A stretch of DNA of 64,000 bases, taken from Chiloscyllium plagiosum. Lineage: Eukaryota. Each line of letters begins with the position of its first letter. Within the stretch, counting starts at the first letter, position 1. Location: contig NC_057734.1 in the NCBI RefSeq assembly GCF_004010195.1, positions 11,038,404 through 11,102,403 of the forward strand. Reading direction: 5' to 3'. Made by a program: the position numbers and the translations under genes. This document shows, piece by piece, positions 1 through 14,100 of the stretch. The notes below the pieces were generated by a model that ran no database searches, had not been told where the DNA came from, and was given only the letters and a program-made list of their open reading frames with translations.

Positions 1-723
1 GGTGGAGGATGGGGTAAAGGGTGGGGGAATGGGNNNNNNNNNNNNNNNNNNNNNNNNNNNNNNNNNNNNNNNNNNNNNNNNNNNNNNNNNNNNNNNNNNN
101 NNNNNNNNNNNNNNNNNNNNNNNNNNNNNNNNNNNNNNNNNNNNNNNNNNNNNNNNNNNNNNNNNNNNNNNNNNNNNNNNNNNNNNNNNNNNNNNNNNNN
201 NNNNNNNNNNNNNNNNNNNNNNNNNNNNNNNNNNNNNNNNNNNNNNNNNNNNNNNNNNNNNNNNNNNNNNNNNNNNNNNNNNNNNNNNNNNNNNNNNNNN
301 NNNNNNNNNNNNNNNNNNNNNNNNNNNNNNNNNNNNNNNNNNNNNNNNNNNNNNNNNNNNNNNNNNNNNNNNNNNNNNNNNNNNNNNNNNNNNNNNNNNN
401 NNNNNNNNNNNNNNNNNNNNNNNNNNNNNNNNNNNNNNNNNNNNNNNNNNNNNNNNNNNNNNNNNNNNNNNNNNNNNNNNNNNNNNNNNNNNNNNNNNNN
501 NNNNNNNNNNNNNNNNNNNNNNNNNNNNNNNNNNNNNNNNNNNNNNNNNNNNNNNNNNNNNNNNNNNNNNNNNNNNNNNNNNNNNNNNNNNNNNNNNNNN
601 NNNNNNNNNNNNNNNNNNNNNNNNNNNNNNNNNNNNNNNNNNNNNNNNNNNNNNNNNNNNNNNNNNNNNNGGATTGGGAGACTATCCCCCCCCCCCCAGC
701 CCAAGCCTCTCCATAACCAAACA

Positions 724-810
724 TCAGTGAGGCTCCCTGGCGGCCACTTCTCGCGGGAACGAACCGCGAGCTATTCGACTGCTGGGGGCATCGCGGCGAA
801 CATGTTGTGG
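724..810. promoter_or_regulatory. CpG-rich patch, probable edge of the USP30 promoter/exon 1 CpG island
   Basis: High CpG density next to an N gap, about 1.2 kb upstream of the first recognisable USP30 exon. Confidence 0.35.
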
Positions 811-2033
811 TTCAGTGTCTGTCTGTTTGTGTCTCCAGGATGTGGGCTGAGGGGGTAGGGAGGGGTCTGCAATCCTTTTGCTCATCCTCCTTGATATTTT
901 CCTACATCAACCTGTTCGGAAATGTTATAGAGGTTCTCCTGGTCCAAAGGTAGAGTCACTACGACTGCACCACAAGAGCTTTAAAACGTATGCAGAAGAC
1001 CTTCAAGGGTTAGTAGGTATAGGTTGGGACATGACCACTGCATGACAGGAGCCCCTTTTTGCTTAGCCTCTGGTGGGAACTGAGGGCAATTGTCACAGAC
1101 CACCTGGTGTTGCAGCAAAGATCGCCTTATTCAGAGGACTGGGGGGTGTGACAGGACCAGTTGTGGTTATATGGTTCTTTCAGAGTGAATGGGCTGAAAA
1201 CCCTTCCGAACTGTACAAGTCAATGAGCCCAGCATTGAAAAGGACAGGGCTTCTTATGTTTAATGGGATGTCCAAGTTTGTGGAAGCACTAGTATTTTGT
1301 GTAGATCACTGAGTAGCAGGGGCCGACTGCCCAATGCATCCTGACATTCTGACAATCAACAAGTGCCCCTCTCCTTTTGTAAGGACAGTGTAATTGGGAA
1401 GGTAGTATCATCCAAACTTAAAATCTATAGAATAAGAATATTTGTGGAATCAGCTTGTCTTGACCATTTGTCAAAAAGCATCACTGAGGAAAAAAAGATC
1501 AGATCATTATCAGTTTGCTGTTTGTTAGAGGTTGCTGTGTGTAAATTGGCTGCTGGAAGTACATTTTTACAAATAGTTAATTGGTATTAAAGAGCTCTAG
1601 GATCTACTGACACTGTGAATTGTGTTGTACAAATGTTGTCTCATGTAAAATAAACTTGAGAAAGAACAATTAGGTGAACATCTGGGAATTTAAGAAATAA
1701 TCTAGTGCTACAAAGAGGTAAATGATACTATGCCTTTACATGAGTGAATTAAGATGAGTAGAATAGGACTTTCATCTGCAATAATTTTGGTCATTTTTCA
1801 ATTATTGAGGTCATTCTCTGATAACTAATTCTGAATACTTTTTGCTATTGTTGTTTTCAGTGTATTTTCTGATACATTTTCAAATCAAGATGGTGTAGGA
1901 CTTGGAGGGAACATGCAGGTTGTGTTTTCCCACGCAACTCCTGCCCTTGTCCAAGTGGGTGGACAGGTCACTGGAGATGCTATTGAAAAGTTTTGGCTGC
2001 AAAAAAACTAAAAATGTGTTTATTATTTTACAG

Positions 2034-2143
2034 AACCAGAATGATGAAGAACTGGGGTGTTATTGGAGGAATAGCTGCAGCCTTGGCAGCAAGTATCTAT
2101 GTATTGTGGGGACCAATTACTGAGAGGAAGAAGCGCAGAAAAG
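2034..2143 (+). CDS. USP30: USP30 exon (TM anchor; ATG at 2041)
   Basis: tttacag acceptor, TRMMKNWGVIGGIAAALAASIYVLWGPITERKKRRK, G|gtagt donor. Confidence 0.93.
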
Positions 2144-5100
2144 GTAGTGTATACAAGAAATGTGACTGTCAGTAATTGCATTAAGTTCTTTCTTTTCCTC
2201 GTATTTTATGCTTTTTGTTCTGAATGTATTAATATACTAGTGATAGTGGATCATGTCTTTTTGTGGCTAGTTGATATTCATGTATCCTGGTGGCTAGTTT
2301 TCTGCCTGTTTGTCCAATGTAGTATTTGTTGCAGTCCTTGCAAGGTATTTTGTAAATGACGTTCATTTTGCTTGTTGTCTGTATAGTGTCTTTTAAGCTC
2401 ATTAGCTGCTGTTTAAGTGTGTTGGTGGGTTTGTGGGCTACTATGATGCCAAGGGGTCTGAGTAGTCTGGCGGTCATTTCCGAAATGTCTTTGATGTGAG
2501 GTAAAGTGGCTAGGACTACTGGGGCCATGCGATGTTACCTAGTGTGGTGATGAAATGTCTGATACTGAACCTTGCAGCTCAGTGAGCAAACTCGCATCCA
2601 TGCCTCTTTCCATAACGTAAAATAGATAATTACATCCTTTGAACTGTTGCAGTGCTTTTTCTCAGTGTCTTACCGATAACTTGATGTGGCGGAATGTATC
2701 TTTTCTGGTGTGAAATTATACTGTAAGAAACTACTACGAGTACACGCTGTACCCACACTCATTCTCTGCATGATTATAGCTTTAAAAATCACTATAAGTG
2801 ATGCACAAGCACATAAGATATCGCTCCGAAACAATTAACTTTGGCTGAAATGATTTGTGACTTTATGATCTGTGACGTTTTTTCCTAATCTGGTCTTCTT
2901 AGAATATGGCTTACTTAAAGGAGATTTTTTTTTTTGTTTCAAAATCAGAATTCTTTTAAATAAATATGATCAAGATTAGTTGTCTTTTGATTAATCGATT
3001 TTAAATATTGATAACACTAGTTATTGTAAAATGAGTGTAGAATTTTGCTTATGTGAATGACGTTTTTCCGTAGAATAATGGTTAAATTGTATGAAGTTGC
3101 AGCAAAACTAAGCCCTCTGGCTTAGTTTTGCTCCACCACTCAGTAAAATCATGTCTGAACTGCTGCATCAACTCCACTTGTTTTTTTGTCCTTTGATTCC
3201 ATTAGTGCCTAAAAATTCATCGATCTCAGCCTTAAATATACTCAATAACGCAGCTAGAGAATGCTAAAGATCCAAAACAGCCTGAATTAAGAGATTTCTT
3301 CTCATTTCAGTTCTAAATGATCACCACTTTATTCTTGGTTTGTGACACCTACATGCCTAAATCAGCACAAATAGCCTCTCAATATTTATCCTGTCAGGCC
3401 CTCTCAGAATGTTAGACATCACAATGGGTTCTTCCCCTCATTTTTCCAAACCTTCAAGTTTGTCAGCGCATTTCATTAATTCCGTCTCTCCTTGCAACCA
3501 AGATTAAATCTCTTGAATCCTTGTTACGTCCTCGTTAAGGCAAGTATATTTTTCCTTCGTAAGGAGACCAAGACTATCCGTTGTACTCTACATTTGGGTT
3601 TTTCAAAACCCTGCATAACCGCAGTAAGAAACTTCAATTCCTCTTTATTAACAGCCAACATGCTGTTTGCCCTCCTGTAATTACTTTCTGTATCTGCATT
3701 TCTTGGTTCATTTTGTGTACAATAACACCTAAGTCTCTGCATATCAAAATTTACTTTCAACAAAAAAAAAATCTGCATTTCTGTTCTTTCTCCCAAAGTG
3801 GATAATTTCATATTCATCGAGTCATACAGCACAGAAACAGACCCTTCGGTCCAGCTAGTCCCCCATGCTAAACATAATCCCAAACTAAACTAGTCCCACC
3901 TGCCTGCTCCTGGCCCAAATCCCTCCAAATCTTTCATAATGGCATACTTATCTAAATGTCTTTTAAACATTGTAATTGTGCCCACACCCAACACTTTCTC
4001 AGGAAGTTCATTCCACACATGAACCACCCTCTGTGCAAAATATTTGTCTCTTATGTCTTTTTAAAATCTCTCTCCTCTCACCTTAAAGATGTGTCTCCTG
4101 GTCTTGAAATCCTCCATCCTATGGAAAAGACAATTACCATCTATGCCCCTCATTATTTTACTAACTTATATAAGGTCACCCCTCAACTTCCTATGTTCCA
4201 GTGAAAAAAGACCCAGCCTACCCAGCCTTTTTTTAAAACTCAAATCTTCCATACCCAGCAACATCCTGGTAAATCTCTTCTGAACCCTCTCCAGCTTAGT
4301 AATATCCTTCCTATAACAAGGGGACCAGAACTGGACACAGTATTCCAGAAGAGGCCTCACCATGTCCGGTATAATCTTAACATCCTTTTAAACTCCTTCT
4401 GGCATCATCTTACCAATCATTTAACTGGTCTACCTAAATATTGCGGTCTTGTACTTTACTCTGTCACATAGCTTTGTAACATTAACAACATTGAAGGACC
4501 AAGTATAGGTATCCATCGAAGTCATTGATACAGATTTGTAAGTAACCGAGGCTCCAGTACTTTACTAGTTATACCTACCATCTAAAAATAACCAATTTAT
4601 TCCTAACTTCTGATTTTGTCCTCTGGCCCTGCTAATATATTACCTCCAATCCCATAAGCCCTAATTGTCATCAATAGTGTATTATTAAATGCCTTCTGAA
4701 ACTCCATGACACATCAAGAAGGCGGGGAGGGGCTCTTGTGGTCCGATGGTAGTGTCCCTACTCTTTGAACCAGGAGGCATAGGTTCAGGTCCCAGAGGTG
4801 TGTTATAACATTCTAGAAAAGGTTGATTTGAAAATCACAGGTTTCCACTTATCTACCCTGCTAATTACAACCTCAAACAAGCACTCCTGGTAGGCATGTC
4901 CATCATGATATTCCTTTATTAAAGTTGTGTTGACGATTTTCAAAGTGCCCTTGTTAGCATTTGTTTAATAACAGATTAAAGAATGTCGTCAATTTCCAGG
5001 GAAAGGCAGACTGTCCTGTTTCTTCTCCCTTTCCTTCTTTCTTAAAAGGTAGGGTTATACATGCTGCCTTTCAATCAACAAGGAGTATTCTGGAATCCAA

Positions 5101-8100
5101 ATCATAACTATTTCTGCAACAAACCTTTAAAACCTCTAATATAATGGGCCGTTGTGGTGCAGTGTGTAGCATCCTTGCCTCTGAGCCAGAAGGTTTGGAT
5201 TCAAAGGGAAGATGGTGGAAATGTGGTAATGGCACTAGACTCTTATTTCAGAATCCCAGACTACTGTTCAGGGAACATGGGTTCAAATGACAACTGTTGA
5301 AATGTGCATTTCTGTTCTTTCTCCCAAAGTGGATAATTTCTTCAAATTTCTAGAATTGAAACACAAAACTAGTGATTATGAAATCACTGTTGATTGTTGT
5401 AGAAACCTAACAGGTTCACTCATTTTTTTTTTAGAGAAGTAAATCTGCCATCTTTATCTGGTCTGGCCTACATTTGGCTTCAGACCAATAACTTAGTTGA
5501 TTCATAACTGCCCTGTGGACAATTGCTGGTCCAGCCAAGAACACCCATACCCCAGGAATGAATATCCAAGTAAATGTCTCACTCGAGGACTTGATAATTG
5601 GAGGAGTTGTAGCATAGCCACAAAGATGGTTTATCAACTTGTAAATCCTTCCAACATATGCCAATTAGTAAGTGTACAGGTATTTCCACTCAGTCACAAA
5701 ATAAAAAGAAACCAGAGCCTTACCTCGACCATGACTATCTGTTGGGAAGAAAGTGAGGTCTGCAGATGCTGGAGATCAGAGCTGAAAATGTGTTGCTGGA
5801 AAAGCGCAGCAGGTCAGGCAGCATCCAGGGAACAGGAGAATCGACGTTTCGGGCATAAGCCCTTCTTCAGGAATGAGGAAAGNNNNNNNNNNNNNNNNNN
5901 NNNNNNNNNNNNNNNNNNNNNNNNNNNNNNNNNNNNNNNNNNNNNNNNNNNNNNNNNNNNNNNNNNNNNNNNNNNNNNNNNNNNNNNNNNNNNNNNNNNN
6001 NNNNNNNNNNNNNNNNNNNNNNNNNNNNNNNNNNNNNNNNNNNNNNNNNNNNNNNNNNNNNNNNNNNNNNNNNNNNNNNNNNNNNNNNNNNNNNNNNNNN
6101 NNNNNNNNNNNNNNNNNNNNNNNNNNNNNNNNNNNNNNNNNNNNNNNNNNNNNNNCACCTTGACCTCTTTCCACCTATCACATTTCCGACGCCCCTCCCC
6201 CAAGTCCCTCCTCCCCACCTTTTATCTTAGCCTGCTGGACAAACTTTCCTCATTCCTGAAGAAGGGCTTATGCCCGAAACGTCGATTCTCCTGTTCCCTG
6301 GATGCTGCCTGACCTGCTGCGCTTTTCCAGCAACACATGACTATCTGTTGCTCTGGGCATACAATATACTTATTTGCTGTTCTGCAACTCAACTTGGGAA
6401 GTCACCTGGTTGGGTAACGAATCTGGATCAGATTTTGCCAGTATCATAGGATTCAATCCCTAACTGGCTGGGGTAAATTTGGAACCTCCCTCTTTGCCCT
6501 ACCCATGGTAGAGGTCATGGTCCTGTGTTGAGAGTGTGGTGCTGAAAAAGCACAGCAGGTCAGGCAACATCCGAGAAGCAGGAGAATCGACATTTTGGGC
6601 ATAAGCCCTTCATCAGGAATGAGGCTTGTGGGCCTCATCATGCATTCTGATGAAGGGCTTATGCCCAAACTGTCGATTCTCCTGCTTCTGAGATGTTGCC
6701 TGACCTGCTGTGCTTTTCTAGCACCACACTCTCAACTCTGATCTCCAGCATCTGCAGTCCTCACTTTCTCGTCCATCATGGTCCGATGAGTGGAAGCAAC
6801 TTTTGGGCAGACTATAAGAAAATGTACACTGCCAGGTCTTTTGAGGACTTGTCAGCTTTTCTATTAATTTCTTCAGGACATTGGAGGGATATGGGCCGGG
6901 TACTGGCAGGTGGGACTAGATTGGGTTGGATATCTGGTCGGCATGGATGGGTTGGACTGAAGAGTCTGTTTCCATGCTGTACATCTCTATGACTCTTTAT
7001 TCTTTACTAAAATTAATTACTTTAGATTTCCATTCGAATGTTGGGTCATCCCAATTTCTTGTGGGTTAGTTGTGCTTCACCTGTGAACGGAGTCACCAAA
7101 TGTTTGATTGTGCCTGTGGTTTCTTTATTCCCCACTATAATTGCTCCTGTATTTACATTTTTAAATCTTCCTATTTACTTATAAAAGCTCTTACAATCTG
7201 TTTATATATTTCTTAGCCGTGTGCATTCATATTGTAATTACTCCCTCATTTTCAACTTCTTGGTCGTAGAGTCATAGAGCACAGAAACAGACCCTTCAGT
7301 CCAACTCCTCTGCACTGACCAGACATCCCAACCTGACCCAGTCCCATTTGCCAATATTTGACCCAAATCCTTCTAAACCCTTCCTATTCATATACCAATC
7401 TAGATGTTTTTTAAATGTTGTGACTGCACCATCCTCCACCACTTCCTCTGGCAGTTCATACCATATATGCACCACCCTCTGTGTGAAAAAGTTACCCCTC
7501 AGGTCCTTTTTAAATCTTTCCCCTTTCACCTTACACCTATACCGTCTAGATTTGGACTCCTCCATACTTGGAAAAAGACCTTGTCTCTTTATCTTATTCA
7601 TGCCTTTCAGGGAGAGCTTGCCAACTGCACATGTAATTGGCTTGATGGTAGGAGACAGAGGGTGGTGGTGGAGGAGGATTGTTTTTCAGACTGGAGGCCT
7701 GTGACAAGCAGTGTTCCACAGGGATCCACTTTTGTTTGTCATTTATATGAACAATTTGGATGAGATATTAAGATGCGTGGTTAGTAAGTTTGCAGATGAC
7801 ACAAAATTGGTGGTATAGTCGACATTGAAGAAGGTTTTCTAAGATTACAAAGGAATCTTGATCAATTGTGCCATTGGACTAAGGAGTGACAGATGGAGTT
7901 TAATTTTGATAAAAGGTGAGGTATTTCATTTTGGAAAACAAACGAGAGCAGGACTTGTACAGTTAGTGGTAGGGATTCAGGTAGTGACCGAGAGATACCT
8001 AGAGAACCCCCCAAGGGGTTCAGGTACATAGTTCTTTGAAAGTTACATCACAGCTAAACAAGGCGGTTAAGAAGGTTTTACATCACAGCTACCGGAAAAG

Positions 8101-11100
8101 TTACATCACAGCTAAACAGAGTGGTTAAGAAGGTGTTTAGCGCCTTCATTGCTCAGACTGTTGAGTATAGGAGTTGGGACATCATGTTGAGGTTGTATGG
8201 ATGTTGGTGAACCACTTTTGGAGTACTATATAAAGCTCTGGTCTCCCTGCAACTGGGAGGATAATTATTAAATTAGAGAGGGTTCAGAAAAGATTTACCA
8301 AGATGCTACCAGGACTGGAGGGTTTGAGTTATAAGGATAGACTGGTACTTTTATTTTCACTGAACATAGGAGGTGGAGGGATGACCTTATAGAGCTTTAT
8401 AAAATCACGAGCAGCATAGAGAAGGTGACTAGCAAAGGTCTTTTCCCTGGGGTGGGTGATTTCAAAACTAGAGGGCATATTTATAAGGTGAGAGGAGAAA
8501 GATCTAACGAGGGACCCTGAGGGGCAATGTTTTCACACAGAGGATGGTTTGTGTGTGGAACGAACTGTCAGAGGAAGTGGTAGATGCAGGTACAGTTACA
8601 ACATTTAAAAGGCATTTGGATAGGCACATGAATAGGAAAGATTTAGAGAGGTATGGGCTAAGCGCAGGCAAGTGGAACTATTTTAATTTGGGAAACTTGG
8701 TCGGTATGGATGGGTTGGACCGAAGGGTCTGTTTCCGTGCCAAATGACTCTATGATTCTAGAAACGGGTTTCAGTGGCAAAAGGTTCCTAGCCAGAGGAC
8801 GCAAATCAGGCTGTAATGACTGCCACCCAGTGGCTCTGACATCCATCATTATGAGATCACAGTAATGGCACACATCACCTCCAGCCTCCCAGATCACCTT
8901 GATCACTACAAATCACCTACTGTCACAATAGGCAGATGTCACCTCCCTGGCCTTACACTCATTCCTGGAATATCTGGATAAAAAGGACATCTGCATCAGA
9001 GTCCTATTTATTGACTTTAGCTCCACCTTCAACACCACAATTCCAATCAAACTCATCTTCAAAACCCCAAGACTCTGCTTTTCCCCTCTATGACTGGATC
9101 CTCGATTTCCAACCCAGAGATTGCAGTCAGTAAGAATAGGCGACCACACCTACTTCACAATAATCCTCAACATCAGTGCCCTGCAAGATGGTGTACACAG
9201 CTTCTTATTATACTCCTTTTACACTCACGACTGTCTGGACAAATTCAGCTCTAACTCCATTTACAAATGTTCTGATGGCACCATCATTGTGGGTTGGATA
9301 TCGAACAATGAGGAACATATCCCAGTTATACTCTCTCCCACCCTCTTCCATTGTGCAGAAGATACAAAAGTTTGAAAGCATACCAACAGATTCAAAACAG
9401 CTTCTTCCCCACTGTTACCAGACTTATGAATGGACTGCTCATATGTTCATCTTTCTCTGTACCTTCTCTATAGCAGTAAACACTATATTTTTTGTTCTGT
9501 TCTATTACCCTAACGTAGTTATGTAATGTGTGATTTGTCTGGTTGCACACAAAACAATACTTTTCACTGTATGTCAGTACATGTGACAATAATAAATCAA
9601 ATTTATATGAATTGGCAAAAGAAAAATAGTGGAGATTATCATGTTTTTAATGCTGATAGTTATAAGGATACGTAATACAATTGCACTGTCTGAAATGGTA
9701 TTGAAAGTTGATTCAGTAGAAACTTTCTAAAGGGAGTTAGATAAATGATAAAAAGAGTGACAATGTTCATGACTGTGAGAAATGGGCAAGGGAGAGCAAC
9801 TAACTGGATAGCTGTTTCACCAGGCTGGCACAAGTCGAATTGGCCAAATGGCCTCCTGCTTTGCTGTAATTACTCCCATGAATCGAGCTCAGAGTGAAAT
9901 GAATTGAGCATCTCTTTATTTTTGTCTGTTGGCTGTGCCAATCTGATGTGAAATGCATTTGGTTGGTCTCAGATCCAGGGCTAGTTGCCATGGGTCTCGA
10001 TGTTCAGCTGCTGATTGGTGATCATTCTCAGAAGATGTTAGAGTGGGCAAGCGTCTCAGCTGGAGCTGTGGGGGAAGACTTTCGAATTTTGATACAGGGC
10101 ACAGAAGTCTCTCTCAGCGCCTCATTCCATACTGTACCTGATGTTCAGGGTACTTCATATAGAGACTGAGCACTGACAATACAATATAATTTCCTACTGC
10201 TATCACCCTCACCCTGAGTGGAAAAGTTCACCAACTGAACGTGACACAATCCACTTCTCTTTTCTTGACCCGTGAATTCTGATGGCATTGCTGGTATGTG
10301 TTGTCTTCAAGGAGTCACAGAGGTCGGCCGCTGCTATGGGCTGAATATATTGTAGTCATCGATCAAGGGAGGATGATTCAGCATTGACTGGGGATGCTAA
10401 TTCAGCTCTGTCAAATGGTCAGGCTCAGTAACCTTGCCACGCTAACGCTCCCCCAGAGTTATTAGCATTCCACCTTTTAAGCAAAAAAAAAATCATTTTA
10501 AGCAATCAACCAGCTTGAATGGAGCAAAACAGAAAATTGCTTTATCCTTAAGTCATGATTTTGTGTAATTGTTTATTATTCAAGAGTAATCCTGATGGTA
10601 AGACGCGCTGTATGTTCGTCTGTTTCTATCGCATTCTCTATATTTCTCTCCTCTTCCCACCCCTCCCCACTGCTTTTCCACTCGTGACTTTCTTTCTATT
10701 GTTTTAAGTGCTGAGATAAAATAGCATGGTGCAGCCAAATTAGCATTCGGAGAGAGAAAACTCCAATTTCCTTGCTCAGCTCTGTCTCACCTCTGGAAGA
10801 GCTATATTGATAATCAGCTGAATGGCGGAGGACTGGACATAGGTTGGGTTCAAGGTTTCGTAGTCAATGAGTACGGGATGTTCGTTCTTATTTGCTGGAG
10901 GACATTCCTTGAAGTTGTTTGGGAATGGTCTGCAGGATATTTATCGTATATAGGTTTGAATGTGACCTGCCCCTTTAAGACCACTGCTGCAGCGCACTGT
11001 GTGGTAACCCAAGTAATGTAAGTAATTTCTTGTAAAATTGCACTCCCCAGGAGGAATGACCTGACATAGTTTTGACCATTGTCTCATGATTGAAATGTGA

Positions 11101-14100
11101 TGAATGCAGAGTGATAGAAATACCGGACTCTTTCAAAATCTAGATTTTGGCGTAAGGACTGCTAAAGGTTTCCCATTGCCCAGCAATCGAAACCCTGGTG
11201 CCAAGGCAACTCAATCAACTGATGCTAGTGTGTCGTTTTCATTAAAAGCTTGGAAAGGGCAATTCTCGATGCTTTTACTCTTAGATGTGCAGAATCAGAG
11301 GATTTTGAAATGTATGCAAAATAAAAAGAGCAGGGATTTAAACATTGTAACCCATGGCACATTTGAACAGCCTGATTTTATTACTGGTGCAGATTATTAA
11401 CTGAATTGCTAAGAGCTTATTGTGACTTTGAATATCATTCTTTTCCAGGCTTAGTTCCAGGCCTCTTGAACCTGGGAAACACCTGCTTTATGAACTCGCT
11501 GGTCCAGGGGCTGGCTGCTTGTCCATCCTTCATTCGCTGGCTTGATGATTTTACCAGGCATTACAACCTGGACAGCCCCCAGGAGGAGCGGTGTCCATAT
11601 CTGTCTGTCACACTTCTCCGATTATTGCGAGGTGAGATACTAAAGAGGGATCAAGGTTCTGTCGGGTTAATCTGCAGATTATTGTCTTTAATGTAATCAG
11701 GGTAGGAAAGGCCAACAGAAATGCCCATTGCAAATCTTTAACGTTGTCATAGCGCTGTGCTGTTTATCATTCATTGGTTGCTTATGAGTACCACTGGCTA
11801 AGCCAGCACATGTTCATCCCTAATTGTCCTTCAGATAGTAAGCTGCCTTCTGGAACCAGTGTAGTCCATGAAGTTTAGATGCGTCCACAGAACTGTTAGA
11901 AAGGAAATTTTAGGATTTTGACCCAGTGATAGTGAAAGAGCAGCAGTATAGTTCCAATTCAGGAGGGTATGAGAATCGAAGACAGTGGTGTTTCCACGCT
12001 TCATAACTTTCTGGATGAGAGAGCAATGATCAAAATACATGGGAGCAGCAGATGTATGCAGCACACTGAAATTTCCAAAACACCTGGGAAATTAAATCAC
12101 AGGAACTGACCTGACAGAGAAAATTCACCAGCACCGTCACCATAAGTAGTTGCTGAGGAGTTGCTTTCCCACTCACAGGCTAGGTACAGCTGCAGGGTGA
12201 AGAGAGGGGAGCTGCAAGGAGGGTGGAGTGGGAGGTTACAATAGGGAGAGAACAGTATTAAACCTGGCAACAGATCTCTGAAACCTGTCAGCTAACTAGG
12301 CAGCAAGGAACCTTGAAATCACGGGTAACAAATTCCTTGCAAATGCTTCGAGAGTCTCTAGTTTAAGGGTGCATATGTCCAGGAGCTACAACATGAGATA
12401 AAAATGTAGTGAACACTCTTTTAATGAATGCCATCATTTGTTAAATGTAAATTTGAGATTAAGATCTGAGATGCCGTAAAAACAATAGTGTCAACCTGTT
12501 TAAAATAATCCAACTTTGTATATGTGTGATGGAAATACATTTGCTGTGACTTTACCTTCTGTGGAAGATGTGTTTAGGTGTGAGATGAGCTTTTTGTGTA
12601 GAAGTGTACATCATTATTTTGAAAGAAGTCTTTGTTGCTAATTTTTGCCTGTTGTCTTGTATCAATTTAGATAGCGTGTCTCGAAAATTAATACTTTCCT
12701 TCTGTGCTGTAGCTTTAAATTTAATGATGGATCAGTGATTATTGAGGAGAATGACAAAATCTTCTAATTTTGTTTCGGTCCAAATACAGTACTGCAAACC
12801 TCAATACAAATACAAAAGATATTGTTACTACATGACTGAATCACCGAACAAATACAGTCATAGAGATGTACAGCATGGAAACAGACCTTTCGGTCCAACC
12901 CGTCCATGCTGACTAGATAACCCAACCCAATCTAGTCCCATCTGCCAGCATCCGGCCCATATCCCTCCAAACCCTTCCTATTCATATACCCATCCAAATG
13001 CCTCTTAAATGTTGCAATTGTACCAGCNNNNNNNNNNNNNNNNNNNNNNNNNNNNNNNNNNNNNNNNNNNNNNNNNNNNNNNNNNNNNNNNNNNNNNNNN
13101 NNNNNNNNNNNNNNNNNNNNNNNNNNNNNNNNNNNNNNNNNNNNNNNNNNNNNNNNNNNNNNNNNNNNNNNNNNNNNNNNNNNNNNNNNNNNNNNNNNNN
13201 NNNNNNNNNNNNNNNNNNNNNNNNNNNNNNNNNNNNNNNNNNNNNNNNNNNNNNNNNNNNNNNNNNNNNNNNNNNNNNNNNNNNNNNNNNNNNNNNNNNN
13301 NNNNNNNNNNNNNNNNNNNNNNNNNNNNNNNNNNNNNNNNNNNNNNNNNNNNNNNNNNNNNNNNNNNNNNNNNNNNNNNNNNNNNNNNNNNNNNNNNNNN
13401 NNNNNNNNNNNNNNNNNNNNNNNNNNNNNNNNNNNNNNNNNNNNNNNNNNNNNNNNNNNNNNNNNNNNNNNNNNNNNNNNNNNNNNNNNNNNNNNNNNNN
13501 NNNNNNNNNNNNNNNNNNNNNNNNNNNNNNNNNNNNNNNNNNNNNNNNNNNNNNNNNNNNNNNNNNNNNNNNNNNNNNNNNNNNNNNNNNNNNNNNNNNN
13601 NNNNNNNNNNNNNNNNNNNNNNNNNNNNNNNNNNNNNNNNNNNNNNNNNNNNNNNNNNNNNNNNNNNNNNNNNNNNNNNNNNNNNNNNNNNNNNNNNNNN
13701 NNNNNNNNNNNNNNNNNNNNNNNNNNNNNNNNNNNNNNNNNNNNNNNNNNNNNNNNNNNNNNNNNNNNNNNNNNNNNNNNNNNNNNNNNNNNNNNNNNNN
13801 NNNNNNNNNNNNNNNNNNNNNNNNNNNNNNNNNNNNNNNNNNNNNNNNNNNNNNNNNNNNNNNNNNNNNNNNNNNNNNNNNNNNNNNNNNNNNNNNNNNN
13901 NNNNNNNNNNNNNNNNNNNNNNNNNNNNNNNNNNNNNNNNNNNNNNNNNNNNNNNNNNNNNNNNNNNNNNNNNNNNNNNNNNNNNNNNNNNNNNNNNNNN
14001 NNNNNNNNNNNNNNNNGGCACCTCACCTGTGACTATCGATGATACAAATATCTCAGCAAGAGGCCCAGAAATCGCTTCCCACAGAGTTCTCGGGTATACC

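Noticed and set aside
2-730. Long ORFs spanning N runs (also 5497-6312, 12932-14126, 55317-56163)
   Set aside because: Artefacts of translating assembly gaps as X
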